From Bacilli bacterium (GTDB lineage Bacteria > Bacillota_I > Bacilli_A > RFN20 > CAG-826): a DNA stretch of 64,000 bases. The stretch covers positions 41,045 through 105,044 of the forward strand of contig JBGUXN010000028.1 in NCBI GenBank assembly GCA_045222195.1, given 5' to 3'. Positions within the stretch are counted from its first letter, which is position 1. Every line of letters begins with the position of its first letter. The notes below the pieces were generated by a model, which saw nothing but the letters and a program-made list of their open reading frames with translations, had not been told where the DNA came from and searched no databases. Shown here piece by piece: positions 1-9,315 of this stretch. A program made the translations under genes and the position numbers.

Positions 1-1151
1 TCGAATTCCATACGGACAGCACTACCAGCAACTAAATCATAAGTCGTAACGACTTGAGCAGCTTTAACTTTGACAGCAACTTTGGCATCTTTATAGCCTT
101 CTTTAGAAACGATAATTTCAGCACTGCCAACAGCTTTAGCGGTAATTAAACCTGCATCACTAACTTCTGCAATTGTAGCATCGCTAGAAACATAGGAGAG
201 TCCTGTTACTTCAGATGCGATTTGTTGTGTCGCACCAACATCAAGGGTAACACTTGTTGGAGTAACAACGAGTCTTGGTAAAACTGTTGGTTTAACAACA
301 GCGATTTCGATATCTTCTTCAGTGTAGATATTGAAATCATCTAAGTTTGGACCTTGTGCAATCATGGTAATTACTAAGACGTTTTGTCCATTATTTAAGG
401 TAACATTACCAAATGATGTGGTGTTGAATTCGTAATATGAGCCTTCTTCTTCTGGAGCTTCACACTTTCTACCTGTCATATCAATATTATTACCATTGAA
501 TGTCACTGTCATAACACCGGCTAAATCCATTTCAGCGTTATAGGCCATAGAAACACCAATTTCAACTTCAACTGCTTTATTGGCGGTGAATGTTAATGTT
601 TCTTTGCAGCCACTTTGTAACCAACCAAGGTGGGTGCCATCAGAACCGCCACCTTCTTCGATTGGAGAATCGCCAGTATCATTTGGACCATACCAGGTAC
701 CACCATAGTTCATGCCCCACTTATCATCATTTGGTGAATAGTGATCAGCATCTTCCATATGGAGGGTGTACTTAGCTGCTCTTTCTGGGGCTTTATTCAC
801 TGTAACAGTGAAGGAACCTCTGGCAAAACCTTCTTTTTCAGCTGTGATTCTAGCGGAGCCAGCTGCTAAACCAGTTACTAAACCAGTGTTACTGACGGAA
901 ACGATATCTGTGTTTCTTGTACCCCATGTAACGCCTTCTTGGTCAGCGCTTAATTGGAGTGTTTCGCCAACGATAATTTCTTTCTTGTCACCTTCAGCGG
1001 TGACGTTAATTTTGACTTCTTCGACTTCGCTGTCGGAGATGCCGCCACTGTTCCCACCTTGTGATGGGCTTTCGCTAGCGCCACAGGCGCCTAAACTGAA
1101 TGCAGCCGCCACAGCAAGGGCGAGGAATGGGAATAATAATTTCTTTCTCAT
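1..1151 (-). CDS. Big_2-domain surface lipoprotein, paralog 1 (N-terminal part only; gene continues beyond window start)
   Basis: Reverse-strand ATG at ~1149-1151 preceded by AGGAAATTAAACG RBS; translation MRKKLLFPFLALAVAAAFSLGACGASESPSQGG... gives signal peptide + lipobox LGAC, G/S-rich linker, then VQLSADQEGVTW...VATV Big_2-like repeats and an EDADHYS... middle domain that aligns with the two full-length paralogs at 27449-29272 and 29474-31213. Not in the ORF track because it runs off the window edge. Confidence 0.6.
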   Translation of the reverse strand, partial: MRKKLLFPFLALAVAAAFSLGACGASESPSQGGNSGGISDSEVEEVKINVTAEGDKKEIIVGETLQLSADQEGVTWGTRNTDIVSVSNTGLVTGLAAGSARITAEKEGFARGSFTVTVNKAPERAAKYTLHMEDADHYSPNDDKWGMNYGGTWYGPNDTGDSPIEEGGGSDGTHLGWLQSGCKETLTFTANKAVEVEIGVSMAYNAEMDLAGVMTVTFNGNNIDMTGRKCEAPEEEGSYYEFNTTSFGNVTLNNGQNVLVITMIAQGPNLDDFNIYTEEDIEIAVVKPTVLPRLVVTPTSVTLDVGATQQIASEVTGLSYVSSDATIAEVSDAGLITAKAVGSAEIIVSKEGYKDAKVAVKVKAAQVVTTYDLVAGSAVRMEF

Positions 1152-1210
1152 CGTTTAATTTCCTTTCTAAAAATGAGTAGTTTGATTATTGTTATGCAGC
1201 TAGCCAATAA

Positions 1211-4210
1211 TTAGCTGTTTGTTTTATGAACTTCTTCAATACCAACGGCTTGATAATCTTCAATTGTCCAAACGTTGTTACTATGAGCACAAGCATAGAG
1301 GATGTTCTTAGCCGCTCTTCTCATTAAGATGAGAGCATCGTTTGGTGTAGCACTATATGTGACGGAAGCACTGACAGAAGCCTTATTTAACCATAAGTCA
1401 TTGCCAGCTCTTAAACCGATGTTTGTGGCCATGTAGTCAGGACCAGCATAGTCGGTAACGACGACACCGTGGAAGCCCCATTCTTCTCTTAAGAGAGTGG
1501 TTAATAAGGCTTTGTTACCACCAGCCCACCAAGAACCGACACAGTTGAAAGAGGACATAATGCCTAAGCCGCCTAAGTCAACGTAAATTTCAAAGCCACG
1601 AGCATAGATTTCTCTAAGTGCTTGTTCGCTTGCCCAAACGAAGACACCAGCGCGGCTGTTTTCTTGTTCATTACACATGAAGTGTTTAGCGTAGCAGTAG
1701 ACACCGTATTTTGCAGCACCTTGAGAGGTGTAACCAGCCATCTTACCAGCGATTAATGGATCTTCTGAGTAATATTCGAAGTTACGACCACCAAATGGTG
1801 AACGGTGAGTATTGATACCAGGAGCATACCAACCTGTTAAACCACGGGAAGCACCTTCTCTACCGATGGATTCGCCCATAACTCTGGCGACATCTGTAGA
1901 CCAAGAACAAGCGACGACAACTTCACTTGGGTGACCTGTACCGGAGTGGAACGCGGCACCAGGACCATCGTAGTCTGTTGTACCAGCTTTGTTAATGCTA
2001 CTGATAGAAGCTGTCTTGAAGGAACCTTGGTCAACGAGGTTTTGTAAATCTGTTAATGTTAATTGATCTAATAATGGTTCCCAACGTTCATCATCCCATG
2101 CAGCATTCTTGAAATCCATGAAATCTAAACCGTTGTTTGCACCTAATGTTGGAGCTGGTTCGTTAATTTGATTGTCTTGGAATGAGAAGCTACGACCACT
2201 TGTGGCGTTACTAGTACCACCTGGGAAGTGGGAAGCATCAGAAGCAGAAACTCTATTGATATCTGCGGTATTTTGCCATGTTTCCGCGAAATTAGCACGG
2301 CTTAAGTATTCGATTGGTTCTTCGTTACCACCGAATTCTTCATCTTGGAAGATGTTTTCGTAAGCTTTACCTGTTTGATAACTTGTCTTGAATTCGACAT
2401 CGTTAGCAAGGGTGATTGTCTTAGTATTTTCTCTTCTTGGTTCAGCGGTAACCGCTAAATCCCAAACGTTTTCTCTAATAGAGAATTCATATTCGCCTTT
2501 TTCAGCAACATAGAAGCCCTTATCTGTGGACCAGGAAGCGATATCTCTATATGTGAATTCTAACTTATAGTCTTTGGCTTCACCTGGTTCGATGATGTTG
2601 GTCTTTTGGAAAGCTGTTAAAGCATAATATGATTTTTCAATACCACCTGGGGTATATGGAGCATGTGTATAAAGTTGAATGACGTCTTTGCCTGGAACTG
2701 TACCAGTATTCTTGACTTCGACGATAACTTCGACTTTTTGTTCAGCTTCGTTGACATTGAATTCAACGATGGATTTATCAAATGTTGTATAGGATAAACC
2801 GTGACCGAAGGAGAATTGGACTTCGTCTTTATATTTATAAGAGGAATCAACCATGCCGCGTGTAACGTAATAACGATAACCGACATAAATACCTTCTTGG
2901 TAGTTGGTGAATTTAGCGTTTCTCGCCGCACCACTTGTATATGTTAATGTGGTATCATTACCAAAATTTTGGTAAGATGGAGCACTCTTCACATCATATG
3001 GCCATGTGTCAACTAAGTGACCAGAAGGATTGACTTTACCGGATAAGATTTCCGCGATAGCGGTTGTACCAGTTAAGCCTGGGTGACCCATGAAGATAGC
3101 GGCATCGATTTCATCATCGTTTAAGAATTCGGATTCGATGACTGTTGGGACGTTTAATAAGATAATAACTTTTTGGAAGTTATCTTCGAGCATTTCGATA
3201 CAAGCGATTTCGTTGGATTTTAAACGCAAATCACCAATGTTCATATCTTCGTCTTCAGAACCACGTCTGGTGATGCAGAAGATCGCGGTGTCAGAGAATT
3301 CTAACGCATCTTCTAATAAGGTTTTACCACCTAATTCATCAAATGGTGTTTCATAAGCGCTGACTGGAGGTTCATAGTCGTATGGCGCTTTTGAAGAAAC
3401 GATTTCAGAGTAGTTATATTTGTTGAAACCACATTGGATATCGTAGTCAGATGGAGCAACAGAAACTGTTCTTCTGTTACTGGAATAATAGTTTTTGATC
3501 ATGTTGAAGATGTTTTCGTTGATTTCGAAACCTTCTTCTTTCATGGCGACTTCTAATTTCTTCGCAACACGTGGGAAGGAAGAAACACGACCGTCGGTTT
3601 GGAATGAGCCAGAACCACCGTTACCATAGAATAAACCGAAAGCGCATGAACCGAAGATGTTAACTTTCTTGTTTTGTTCTAAATTGAGTGGAAGAGCGTT
3701 CTTTCTGTTCTTTAAGAGAACTGTACCTTCTTCTTGAATGGTAACAACATTCTTTTCTGCTTCTGCCGCCGCTTGTCTAGAGGTTTCTGTATCGATAATA
3801 TCGACATGGGAACCACTCATTGTTGTTAAGAGGTTTTGGAAAGCAGTAGATGGCAAGAAGGAACTTGCAGCAGCAATAAGCAAGGCACCAACACAGACGA
3901 CTGGAATAAACCAAGGCATCATTCTACGCCATTTAATGACGTTTTTAGCAGGACCTTGTGTCTCTTTTGCGACTTCTTTCTTTTCCGCACGTGGAGCATC
4001 GCTATATTTCTTTAAGGCTTCTGGATCGCCTTCTTTAAATTTCATGCGTCCGAAGAGCATGGCAAGAAGGAACCAAGTACCTACGACTGCGACAGCCGCC
4101 ACAATGAGAATGATTAAACCCAACCACCAGTATTCGAAAATGGCGCGCAAGGAATAACCAGCCACAATTGGTTTATCAAAGAAAGATTCTAAGATAAATA
4201 GTTTGAGCAT
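1211..4210 (-). CDS. glycoside hydrolase family 3 (beta-glucosidase/beta-hexosaminidase-like), membrane-anchored, domain-permuted
   Basis: 999 aa ORF; two N-terminal hydrophobic helices; order in protein = GH3 C-terminal alpha/beta domain, Fn3-like domain (EFTYRDIASWSTDKGFYV...), then GH3 TIM-barrel catalytic domain at the C-terminus containing nucleophile motif GFHGVVVTDYAGPD and KHFMCNEQE... Confidence 0.8.
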   Translation of the reverse strand: MLKLFILESFFDKPIVAGYSLRAIFEYWWLGLIILIVAAVAVVGTWFLLAMLFGRMKFKEGDPEALKKYSDAPRAEKKEVAKETQGPAKNVIKWRRMMPWFIPVVCVGALLIAAASSFLPSTAFQNLLTTMSGSHVDIIDTETSRQAAAEAEKNVVTIQEEGTVLLKNRKNALPLNLEQNKKVNIFGSCAFGLFYGNGGSGSFQTDGRVSSFPRVAKKLEVAMKEEGFEINENIFNMIKNYYSSNRRTVSVAPSDYDIQCGFNKYNYSEIVSSKAPYDYEPPVSAYETPFDELGGKTLLEDALEFSDTAIFCITRRGSEDEDMNIGDLRLKSNEIACIEMLEDNFQKVIILLNVPTVIESEFLNDDEIDAAIFMGHPGLTGTTAIAEILSGKVNPSGHLVDTWPYDVKSAPSYQNFGNDTTLTYTSGAARNAKFTNYQEGIYVGYRYYVTRGMVDSSYKYKDEVQFSFGHGLSYTTFDKSIVEFNVNEAEQKVEVIVEVKNTGTVPGKDVIQLYTHAPYTPGGIEKSYYALTAFQKTNIIEPGEAKDYKLEFTYRDIASWSTDKGFYVAEKGEYEFSIRENVWDLAVTAEPRRENTKTITLANDVEFKTSYQTGKAYENIFQDEEFGGNEEPIEYLSRANFAETWQNTADINRVSASDASHFPGGTSNATSGRSFSFQDNQINEPAPTLGANNGLDFMDFKNAAWDDERWEPLLDQLTLTDLQNLVDQGSFKTASISSINKAGTTDYDGPGAAFHSGTGHPSEVVVACSWSTDVARVMGESIGREGASRGLTGWYAPGINTHRSPFGGRNFEYYSEDPLIAGKMAGYTSQGAAKYGVYCYAKHFMCNEQENSRAGVFVWASEQALREIYARGFEIYVDLGGLGIMSSFNCVGSWWAGGNKALLTTLLREEWGFHGVVVTDYAGPDYMATNIGLRAGNDLWLNKASVSASVTYSATPNDALILMRRAAKNILYACAHSNNVWTIEDYQAVGIEEVHKTNS

Positions 4211-4373
4211 AAATAATCTCCTTTTCTATAGTTGTTTTCACGCTAAAACACAATAAAAGCGTCGATTGTCACTAATAATTGTGTTTAACGTTTACGCTAT
4301 AAGTATAACAATTATTAAATTGCGCGCAATTAAAAAGCACAAAATAATCTACAAAATTTAAAAAGATAAGCAA

Positions 4374-4410
4374 AAAAATCACAGGCCTGGGAGAACCTGT
4401 GATTATAAAA
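4374..4410 (-). terminator. intrinsic terminator downstream of hsp20
   Basis: Minus-strand hairpin AATCACAGG-ttctcccagg-CCTGTGATT followed by TTTTTTT, 45 nt after hsp20 stop. Confidence 0.5.
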
Positions 4411-4453
4411 GCTAGCTAGGCTTTTTACGGAAGGAGTCTTGTCGGAAACACTT

Positions 4454-4855
4454 TTATCCAATTAAAACGGTGTGTTCTTTTTCGATTTCTTTCTCATCGC
4501 GTTTCTTAATAGAAATGGTTAAGACACCACTATCAAGTTTCGCGGCAATATCTTCAAGTTTCACTGTGTCACCAACATAGTATGAACGAGACCATTCACC
4601 ATAGCTTCTTTCTCTAACGATGTAGTCTTCGTCATTTTCTTCTTCCTTATTTAAGGATGCAGTGACTTTAAGATAACCGTTCTCCAAAGTGATCTTGGTA
4701 TCTTCTTTTTTAACTTCAGGTAACTCAATGAATAGTTGATAGTTATCCTTATTCTCTTTGATGTCAGTTTTCATCATGTGTGATACGGAACAGTTGTTTG
4801 CTCTAAGGAAAAATCTGTCGAAAAATGGATCATAAGTAGTAATATAATTTCTCAT
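4454..4855 (-). CDS. Hsp20/alpha-crystallin family small heat-shock protein
   Basis: Alpha-crystallin domain (DIKENKDNYQLFIELPEVKKEDTKITLENGYLKVTAS...). Start chosen at ATG 4853-4855 with GGAGG RBS; the GTG-extended track ORF (to 4888) runs into the operator region. Confidence 0.85.
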   Translation of the reverse strand: MRNYITTYDPFFDRFFLRANNCSVSHMMKTDIKENKDNYQLFIELPEVKKEDTKITLENGYLKVTASLNKEEENDEDYIVRERSYGEWSRSYYVGDTVKLEDIAAKLDSGVLTISIKKRDEKEIEKEHTVLIG

Positions 4856-4881
4856 AATTTCAACCCTCCTTATATTACTTT

Positions 4882-4955
4882 TTAGCACTCAACCTCTTTG
4901 ACTGCTAACACCATTATTATAACTAAAATTAGCACTCTGTCAATAGGACTGCTAA
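4882..4955. promoter_or_regulatory. two tandem CIRCE-like HrcA operators (TTAGCACTC-N9-GACTGCTAA) upstream of hsp20
   Basis: Seen directly: ttagcactc aacctcttt gactgctaa (~4882-4908) and ttagcactc tgtcaatag gactgctaa (~4929-4955). Each has a perfect left arm of the CIRCE consensus TTAGCACTC-N9-GAGTGCTAA and one mismatch in the right arm. Confidence 0.55.
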
Positions 4956-4989
4956 AAATATTTTAAACTTTTTTATTTAGATTAATACA

Positions 4990-5679
4990 TTAATCTAATT
5001 TTTTTAATATTTCTTCTAATTCTATAGGTAAATTACAGGAAAATTCCTTATTTTTTAGATAATTTAATGGTCCTTTTATATCTAAAAATTTGAGTTTATA
5101 AGCGTGTAAAAATTGGTTTTCAAAGCCAAAATCACGCTTAAAAATGTTGTTAATTTTATAGTCGCCATATTTGATGTCACCGACGACATGATGACGTATA
5201 TATGACATATGTGCGCGTATTTGATGCGTGCGACCTGTTAATAAGGATATATCGAGCAAAGTATAGTCTTTGAGGTTTTTGATTGGATGATATTTGGTGA
5301 TAGCGGGTTTAGCACCACTTTTAAGAGGGGCCACTACCATTTTCTTTCTTTCAAAACTTTTTCTAAGAGGGGCATCTACAACACCATCTTCGGTGATGTT
5401 ACCCGCCACTAACGCTAAGTAATGCTTTTCAATTTGGGTATGATCGTTGAAGATTTTGCCCATTTCATCCGCAGCTTCCTTGTTTTTAGCGAATATACAT
5501 GACCCTGATGTATCTTTATCTAATCTATGGACTGGCATCGCAGTCATGTTTAAATAATTAGATACAATATTATCTAAAGAAGGAGAACCACTACCGTCTT
5601 GTTGAAGCAATAGACCTCTTGGTTTGTTCAATACGAGAAGATTGTTATCTTCGTATATTAAGATGCCTTTAATGTTCAT
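4990..5679 (-). CDS. RluA-family pseudouridine synthase
   Basis: HRLDKDTSG catalytic motif, RluA-like core; internal ATG at 5677-5679 (MNIKGILIYEDNNLLVLNKP...) preferred over the longer track ORF (to 5754), which overlaps the divergent promoter. Confidence 0.8.
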   Translation of the reverse strand: MNIKGILIYEDNNLLVLNKPRGLLLQQDGSGSPSLDNIVSNYLNMTAMPVHRLDKDTSGSCIFAKNKEAADEMGKIFNDHTQIEKHYLALVAGNITEDGVVDAPLRKSFERKKMVVAPLKSGAKPAITKYHPIKNLKDYTLLDISLLTGRTHQIRAHMSYIRHHVVGDIKYGDYKINNIFKRDFGFENQFLHAYKLKFLDIKGPLNYLKNKEFSCNLPIELEEILKKLD

Positions 5680-5728
5680 ATTGCTATTGTAATCCCTAGA
5701 TTCATTTCCTGCAATTTGACAATTTTGG

Positions 5729-5786
5729 CAATATTTTCTTTTCAATATTGTCATTTTGGCAGGTTTTATCGTATAATATTGCCATG
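5729..5786 (+). promoter_or_regulatory. promoter (TTGTCA-18-TATAAT) with inverted repeat CAATATT-N8-AATATTG; candidate autoregulatory operator, probably leaderless transcript for the MNT gene
   Basis: TATAAT at ~5772-5777 lies 6 nt before ATG 5784 with no RBS (leaderless, common for antitoxins). IR caatatt(5729-5735)/aatattg(5744-5750) and a direct repeat ATTTTGGCA x2 overlap the -35. Confidence 0.35.
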
Positions 5787-6242
5787 GAACTAAAAGAATT
5801 AAGAAAAAATATGGGTTTAACTCAGCCTGAAGCGGCGGTTATTTTAAATGTTCCTTTTAGGACATATTGCCGTTATGAAGACGATAAGCAACGTGAAAAC
5901 ACTTTTAAATATAATCAAATGGTAGCGTTGCTTGATAAATACGCCGAAGAAATGGTCTTAAAGACAGACACCATTAAAGCTCGCATTTTTGAAGTGCTAA
6001 GTAAGCACGAAGTCAGTGCATGTTATTTATTTGGTAGTTACGCTAAAGGAAAAGCAACAGGAAAAAGCGACATTGATTTAATGGTTGTTACTGATATCGA
6101 AGGTATCGAGTTCTATCAAATCATTGACGAACTAGAGAATAAGCTAAAAAAGAAAGTTGATTTAATAAGACTCGAAACCGCTATTCAAAATGTCAAACTG
6201 ATTAACGAAATCCTTAAGGATGGAATAAAGATATATGGATAA
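5784..6242 (+). CDS. HTH(XRE)-fused minimal nucleotidyltransferase (MNT) antitoxin of a HepT/MNT type VII TA pair
   Basis: N-terminal HTH (LTQPEAAVILNVPFRTYCRYE) followed by the NTase motif GSYAKGKATGKSDIDLMVV. 8-nt overlap with the downstream HepT gene. Confidence 0.75.
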   Translation: MELKELRKNMGLTQPEAAVILNVPFRTYCRYEDDKQRENTFKYNQMVALLDKYAEEMVLKTDTIKARIFEVLSKHEVSACYLFGSYAKGKATGKSDIDLMVVTDIEGIEFYQIIDELENKLKKKVDLIRLETAIQNVKLINEILKDGIKIYG

Positions 6243-6903
6243 TGTCAAAGACAATGCATACTACGTTAAACGCATTTTAAGAAGTGTTGAAACATTAATG
6301 AGATATCTCAAGAATAAAAGCTTAGATGATGTCTTAAAAGATGGTTTTTTGCGTGATGCCATAGAAAATAGATTCACGAAAATAGCGGAAGATACAGGGC
6401 ACCTTACAAAAGAATTTAAGGATGAGCAAGTTGATATCCCTTGGGGTGCTATCACAAAGATAAGAAATACCATCTGCCATGATTACGATGTTGTAGATGC
6501 CTCTTCTTTATATAAAACTGTGAAACTCAATTTCCCAGATTTTAGAAAAAGTCTTTTAGCCACTACTCAAAATCACTATATGAATTTATATCCAGAACCA
6601 TTTAATCTCATCAAAAACAAAGCAAAAACCGTAGAAATGAGATTATATGATGAAAAAAGAAAGCTATTAAATGTTGGTGATTTAATCGTCTTTGTAAACA
6701 CAGAAACAAAAGAAGAATTAATAACGGAAATAGCTAATCTCAAGAGATTCAATTCTTTTGATGAGTTATACGCCAAATATAGAAAGACAGAAATAGGATA
6801 TAAAGAAGATGAGATAGCTAATCCTAAAGATATGAATCAATACTATTCAGAAGAGGCTATTAAAAAATATGGTGCTCTAGCCATTGAAATACAACTGTAT
6901 TAG
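6235..6903 (+). CDS. HepT (DUF86) RNase toxin fused to a C-terminal ASCH/PUA-like domain
   Basis: HepT Rx4HxY motif present as RNTICHDY in the N-terminal ~110 aa. C-terminal ~110 aa (VEMRLYDEKRKLLNVGDLIVFVN...YGALAIEIQLY) resembles the ASCH beta-barrel fold. Confidence 0.7.
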   Translation: MDNVKDNAYYVKRILRSVETLMRYLKNKSLDDVLKDGFLRDAIENRFTKIAEDTGHLTKEFKDEQVDIPWGAITKIRNTICHDYDVVDASSLYKTVKLNFPDFRKSLLATTQNHYMNLYPEPFNLIKNKAKTVEMRLYDEKRKLLNVGDLIVFVNTETKEELITEIANLKRFNSFDELYAKYRKTEIGYKEDEIANPKDMNQYYSEEAIKKYGALAIEIQLY

Positions 6904-6972
6904 AAATTTGTTTCTTTTCTTTATTAAAAGAACAATATCAAATAGAATATACTTACTGTGAGGTAATTACTT

Positions 6973-7803
6973 ATGTCAAAAGCGGATCAAATCTTTATTA
7001 ATAATATGAAGGACATTATGGAAAATGGTTTTTGGGATACCAATCTTAATGTGAGGCCACATTGGGAAGATGGTACACCAGCGCACACTGTTAAAAAGTT
7101 CTGTATTGTTAATAGATATAATCTTCAAGAAGAATTACCAATCCTCACTATTAGAAGAACCGCTTTTAAGAGTTGCTTAGACGAACTCCTTTGGATTTGG
7201 CAAAAAAAATCCAACAATATCCATGATTTAAAATCTCACATTTGGGATTCCTGGGCCGATGAAACTGGTTCAATAGGCAAAGCTTATGGCTATCAATTAG
7301 CGAAGAAATCAATTTACCCAGAAGGCGAATTTGATCAAGTTGATAGAGTTTTATATGATTTGAAACACAATCCTCAAAGCAGAAGAATCATGACTAATAT
7401 CTATAACTTTGAAGATTTACATGAAATGAATTTATATCCATGTGCCTACAGCATGACATTCAATGTTTCTGGCGATACATTAAACGGCATTTTAAACCAA
7501 AGAAGCAATGATATGTTGACCGCAAATAACTGGAACGTGCTTCAATATGCACTCCTTCTCATCATGTTTGCGCAAGTTTCTGGTTTAAAAGCTGGTGAAT
7601 TAGTACACGTCATCGCTGATGCTCATATTTACGATAGACACATCGATTTAGTGAAAGAAGTAATCGCCAAACCACAACACAAGGCCCCTATTTTAAAAGT
7701 TAATCCTAATGTTAAGAACTTCTATGATTTCAAAGTGGAAGATTTCGAATTAATTGATTATGAATACGAACCATTAGATAAAAAGATTCCGGTAGCTATT
7801 TAG
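6973..7803 (+). CDS. thyA: thymidylate synthase
   Basis: 276 aa; ThyA core motifs (LYPCAYSMTFNV..., DAHIY) and typical length; followed immediately by folA as in many Firmicutes. Confidence 0.9.
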   Translation: MSKADQIFINNMKDIMENGFWDTNLNVRPHWEDGTPAHTVKKFCIVNRYNLQEELPILTIRRTAFKSCLDELLWIWQKKSNNIHDLKSHIWDSWADETGSIGKAYGYQLAKKSIYPEGEFDQVDRVLYDLKHNPQSRRIMTNIYNFEDLHEMNLYPCAYSMTFNVSGDTLNGILNQRSNDMLTANNWNVLQYALLLIMFAQVSGLKAGELVHVIADAHIYDRHIDLVKEVIAKPQHKAPILKVNPNVKNFYDFKVEDFELIDYEYEPLDKKIPVAI

Positions 7804-7804
7804 T

Positions 7805-8314
7805 ATGATTATTTCAATTCTTAACTGCGATAAAGAATACGGCATTGGTAAAAGAAACGGATTATTGTTCTCTTTACCAAAAGATATGAAGTTCTTCCGT
7901 GAAACTACGCTTAATCACGTAGTGTGTATGGGAGAAAATACTTTGTTGTCTTTCCCAAATAGCAAACCTTTAAAAAATAGAACTAATATTGTCTTATCTC
8001 AAGACCCTACACATAACTATGAGGGCGTTATTAACGTCCATACATTTGAGGATTTCTTAAGAAAGATGAAAGAATACTCCGAAAACGATACAGTTTTCGT
8101 CATAGGTGGCGCTTCTATTTATAGACAAACTCTTCCATACGTTGATCAAGTCTATTTAACTAAAGTTAACGCCATTGGCGGTGCCGAAGTATTCTTTGTT
8201 AATTTAGATGAACACCCAGACTTTGAATTAATTAAAGAAAGTACTCCTGAAATGGATGGCGATATCGAGATTAAGTTCACCGTCTATCAAAACAACAATA
8301 AGAAAGATATTTAA
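7805..8314 (+). CDS. folA: dihydrofolate reductase
   Basis: 169 aa, DHFR-like (IGKRNGLLFSLPKDMKFFRETT..., VIGGASIY); classic thyA-folA adjacency. Confidence 0.85.
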   Translation: MIISILNCDKEYGIGKRNGLLFSLPKDMKFFRETTLNHVVCMGENTLLSFPNSKPLKNRTNIVLSQDPTHNYEGVINVHTFEDFLRKMKEYSENDTVFVIGGASIYRQTLPYVDQVYLTKVNAIGGAEVFFVNLDEHPDFELIKESTPEMDGDIEIKFTVYQNNNKKDI

Positions 8315-8316
8315 AT

Positions 8317-9315
8317 ATGAAAAACAACATTTATCCAAAGAACTATAAAAGTGTTTTAGATTTAGTGGAAACCCAAAAGGCTATTAAATTAGTTAAAGAC
8401 ACATTTGAAAGAGAGCTCGCTAAAGAATTAGATCTCATCAGAGTTAGCGCTCCGCTTTTTGTTGAACCAGGTACAGGTTTAAACGACAACTTAAGCGGTT
8501 ACGAAAAAGCCGTTAACTTTATAGTTAATGAAAACGATAAAGAATTAGAGATAGTCCAATCCTTAGCGAAGTGGAAGAGATACGCTCTTAAAAAATATGA
8601 TATCGATGGTCTCTATACAGATATGAACGCCATAAGAAGATTTGAAGATACAGATAACCTTCATTCTTTATATGTTGACCAATGGGACTGGGAGAGAAGA
8701 TTGCTTCCAGAGAATAGGAATGTCAAAACATTAAAAGCCACTGTTAGGAAAATATATAAAGCTTTTATTAAAACATATAATAAAGTTGTCAAAGCCTATC
8801 CAGAATTAGCGGTTGATCTTCCAAAATCTGTTACTTTCGTGACCACAAAGGAATTAGAAAAAAGATATCCAAACCTCGATAGAAAGGCTAGAGAGAACGC
8901 AATTTGCAAAGAATTTGGAGTTGTCTTCCTCATGAATATTGGTGGAAAGCTCAAAGATGGTGACCCACACGACTCTCGTGCAGCGGACTATGATGACTGG
9001 AAAATGAATGGTGATATTCTTCTTTGGTATGAGCCACTTCAAATCGCTTACGAACTATCTTCAATGGGCATTCGTGTTAATAAAGAATCTCTTTTAAAAC
9101 AGTTAAAAGAAAAAAAGGAAGAATACAAAACTAATTTAACCTATCACAAGATGATACTTAATGACGAATTACCGCTGTCAATCGGTGGGGGTATCGGTCA
9201 ATCAAGACTTTGTATGTTCCTACTTAAAAAGGTCCACATTGGAGAAGTTCAATCCTCCTATTGGCCCGATGAAGAAATCGAAGAATTTAAAAAGTACAAC
9301 GTTAATTTACTTTAG
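8317..9315 (+). CDS. asnA: aspartate--ammonia ligase (asparagine synthetase A)
   Basis: 332 aa; the N-terminal third matches AsnA closely (YPKNYKSVLDLVETQKAIKLVKDTFERELAKELDLIRVSAPLFV). Confidence 0.85.
   Translation: MKNNIYPKNYKSVLDLVETQKAIKLVKDTFERELAKELDLIRVSAPLFVEPGTGLNDNLSGYEKAVNFIVNENDKELEIVQSLAKWKRYALKKYDIDGLYTDMNAIRRFEDTDNLHSLYVDQWDWERRLLPENRNVKTLKATVRKIYKAFIKTYNKVVKAYPELAVDLPKSVTFVTTKELEKRYPNLDRKARENAICKEFGVVFLMNIGGKLKDGDPHDSRAADYDDWKMNGDILLWYEPLQIAYELSSMGIRVNKESLLKQLKEKKEEYKTNLTYHKMILNDELPLSIGGGIGQSRLCMFLLKKVHIGEVQSSYWPDEEIEEFKKYNVNLL

Noticed and set aside
590-1158. Plus-strand ORFs 590-775 and 766-1158 in the ORF track
   Set aside because: They are antisense to the partial lipoprotein gene (minus strand, with RBS, signal peptide and paralog support). 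Their translations are low-complexity and lack RBS.
1837-4157. Several 60-140-aa ORFs inside or antisense to the GH3 gene (1837-2034, 2172-2363, 2617-2934, 3090-3356, 3738-4157)
   Set aside because: Fully contained within the 999-aa GH3 reading frame region, with no independent signals. Typical shadow ORFs.
4856-4888. GTG-extended start of hsp20 (track 4888)
   Set aside because: The extension would read through the CIRCE operator. ATG at 4855 has a GGAGG RBS.
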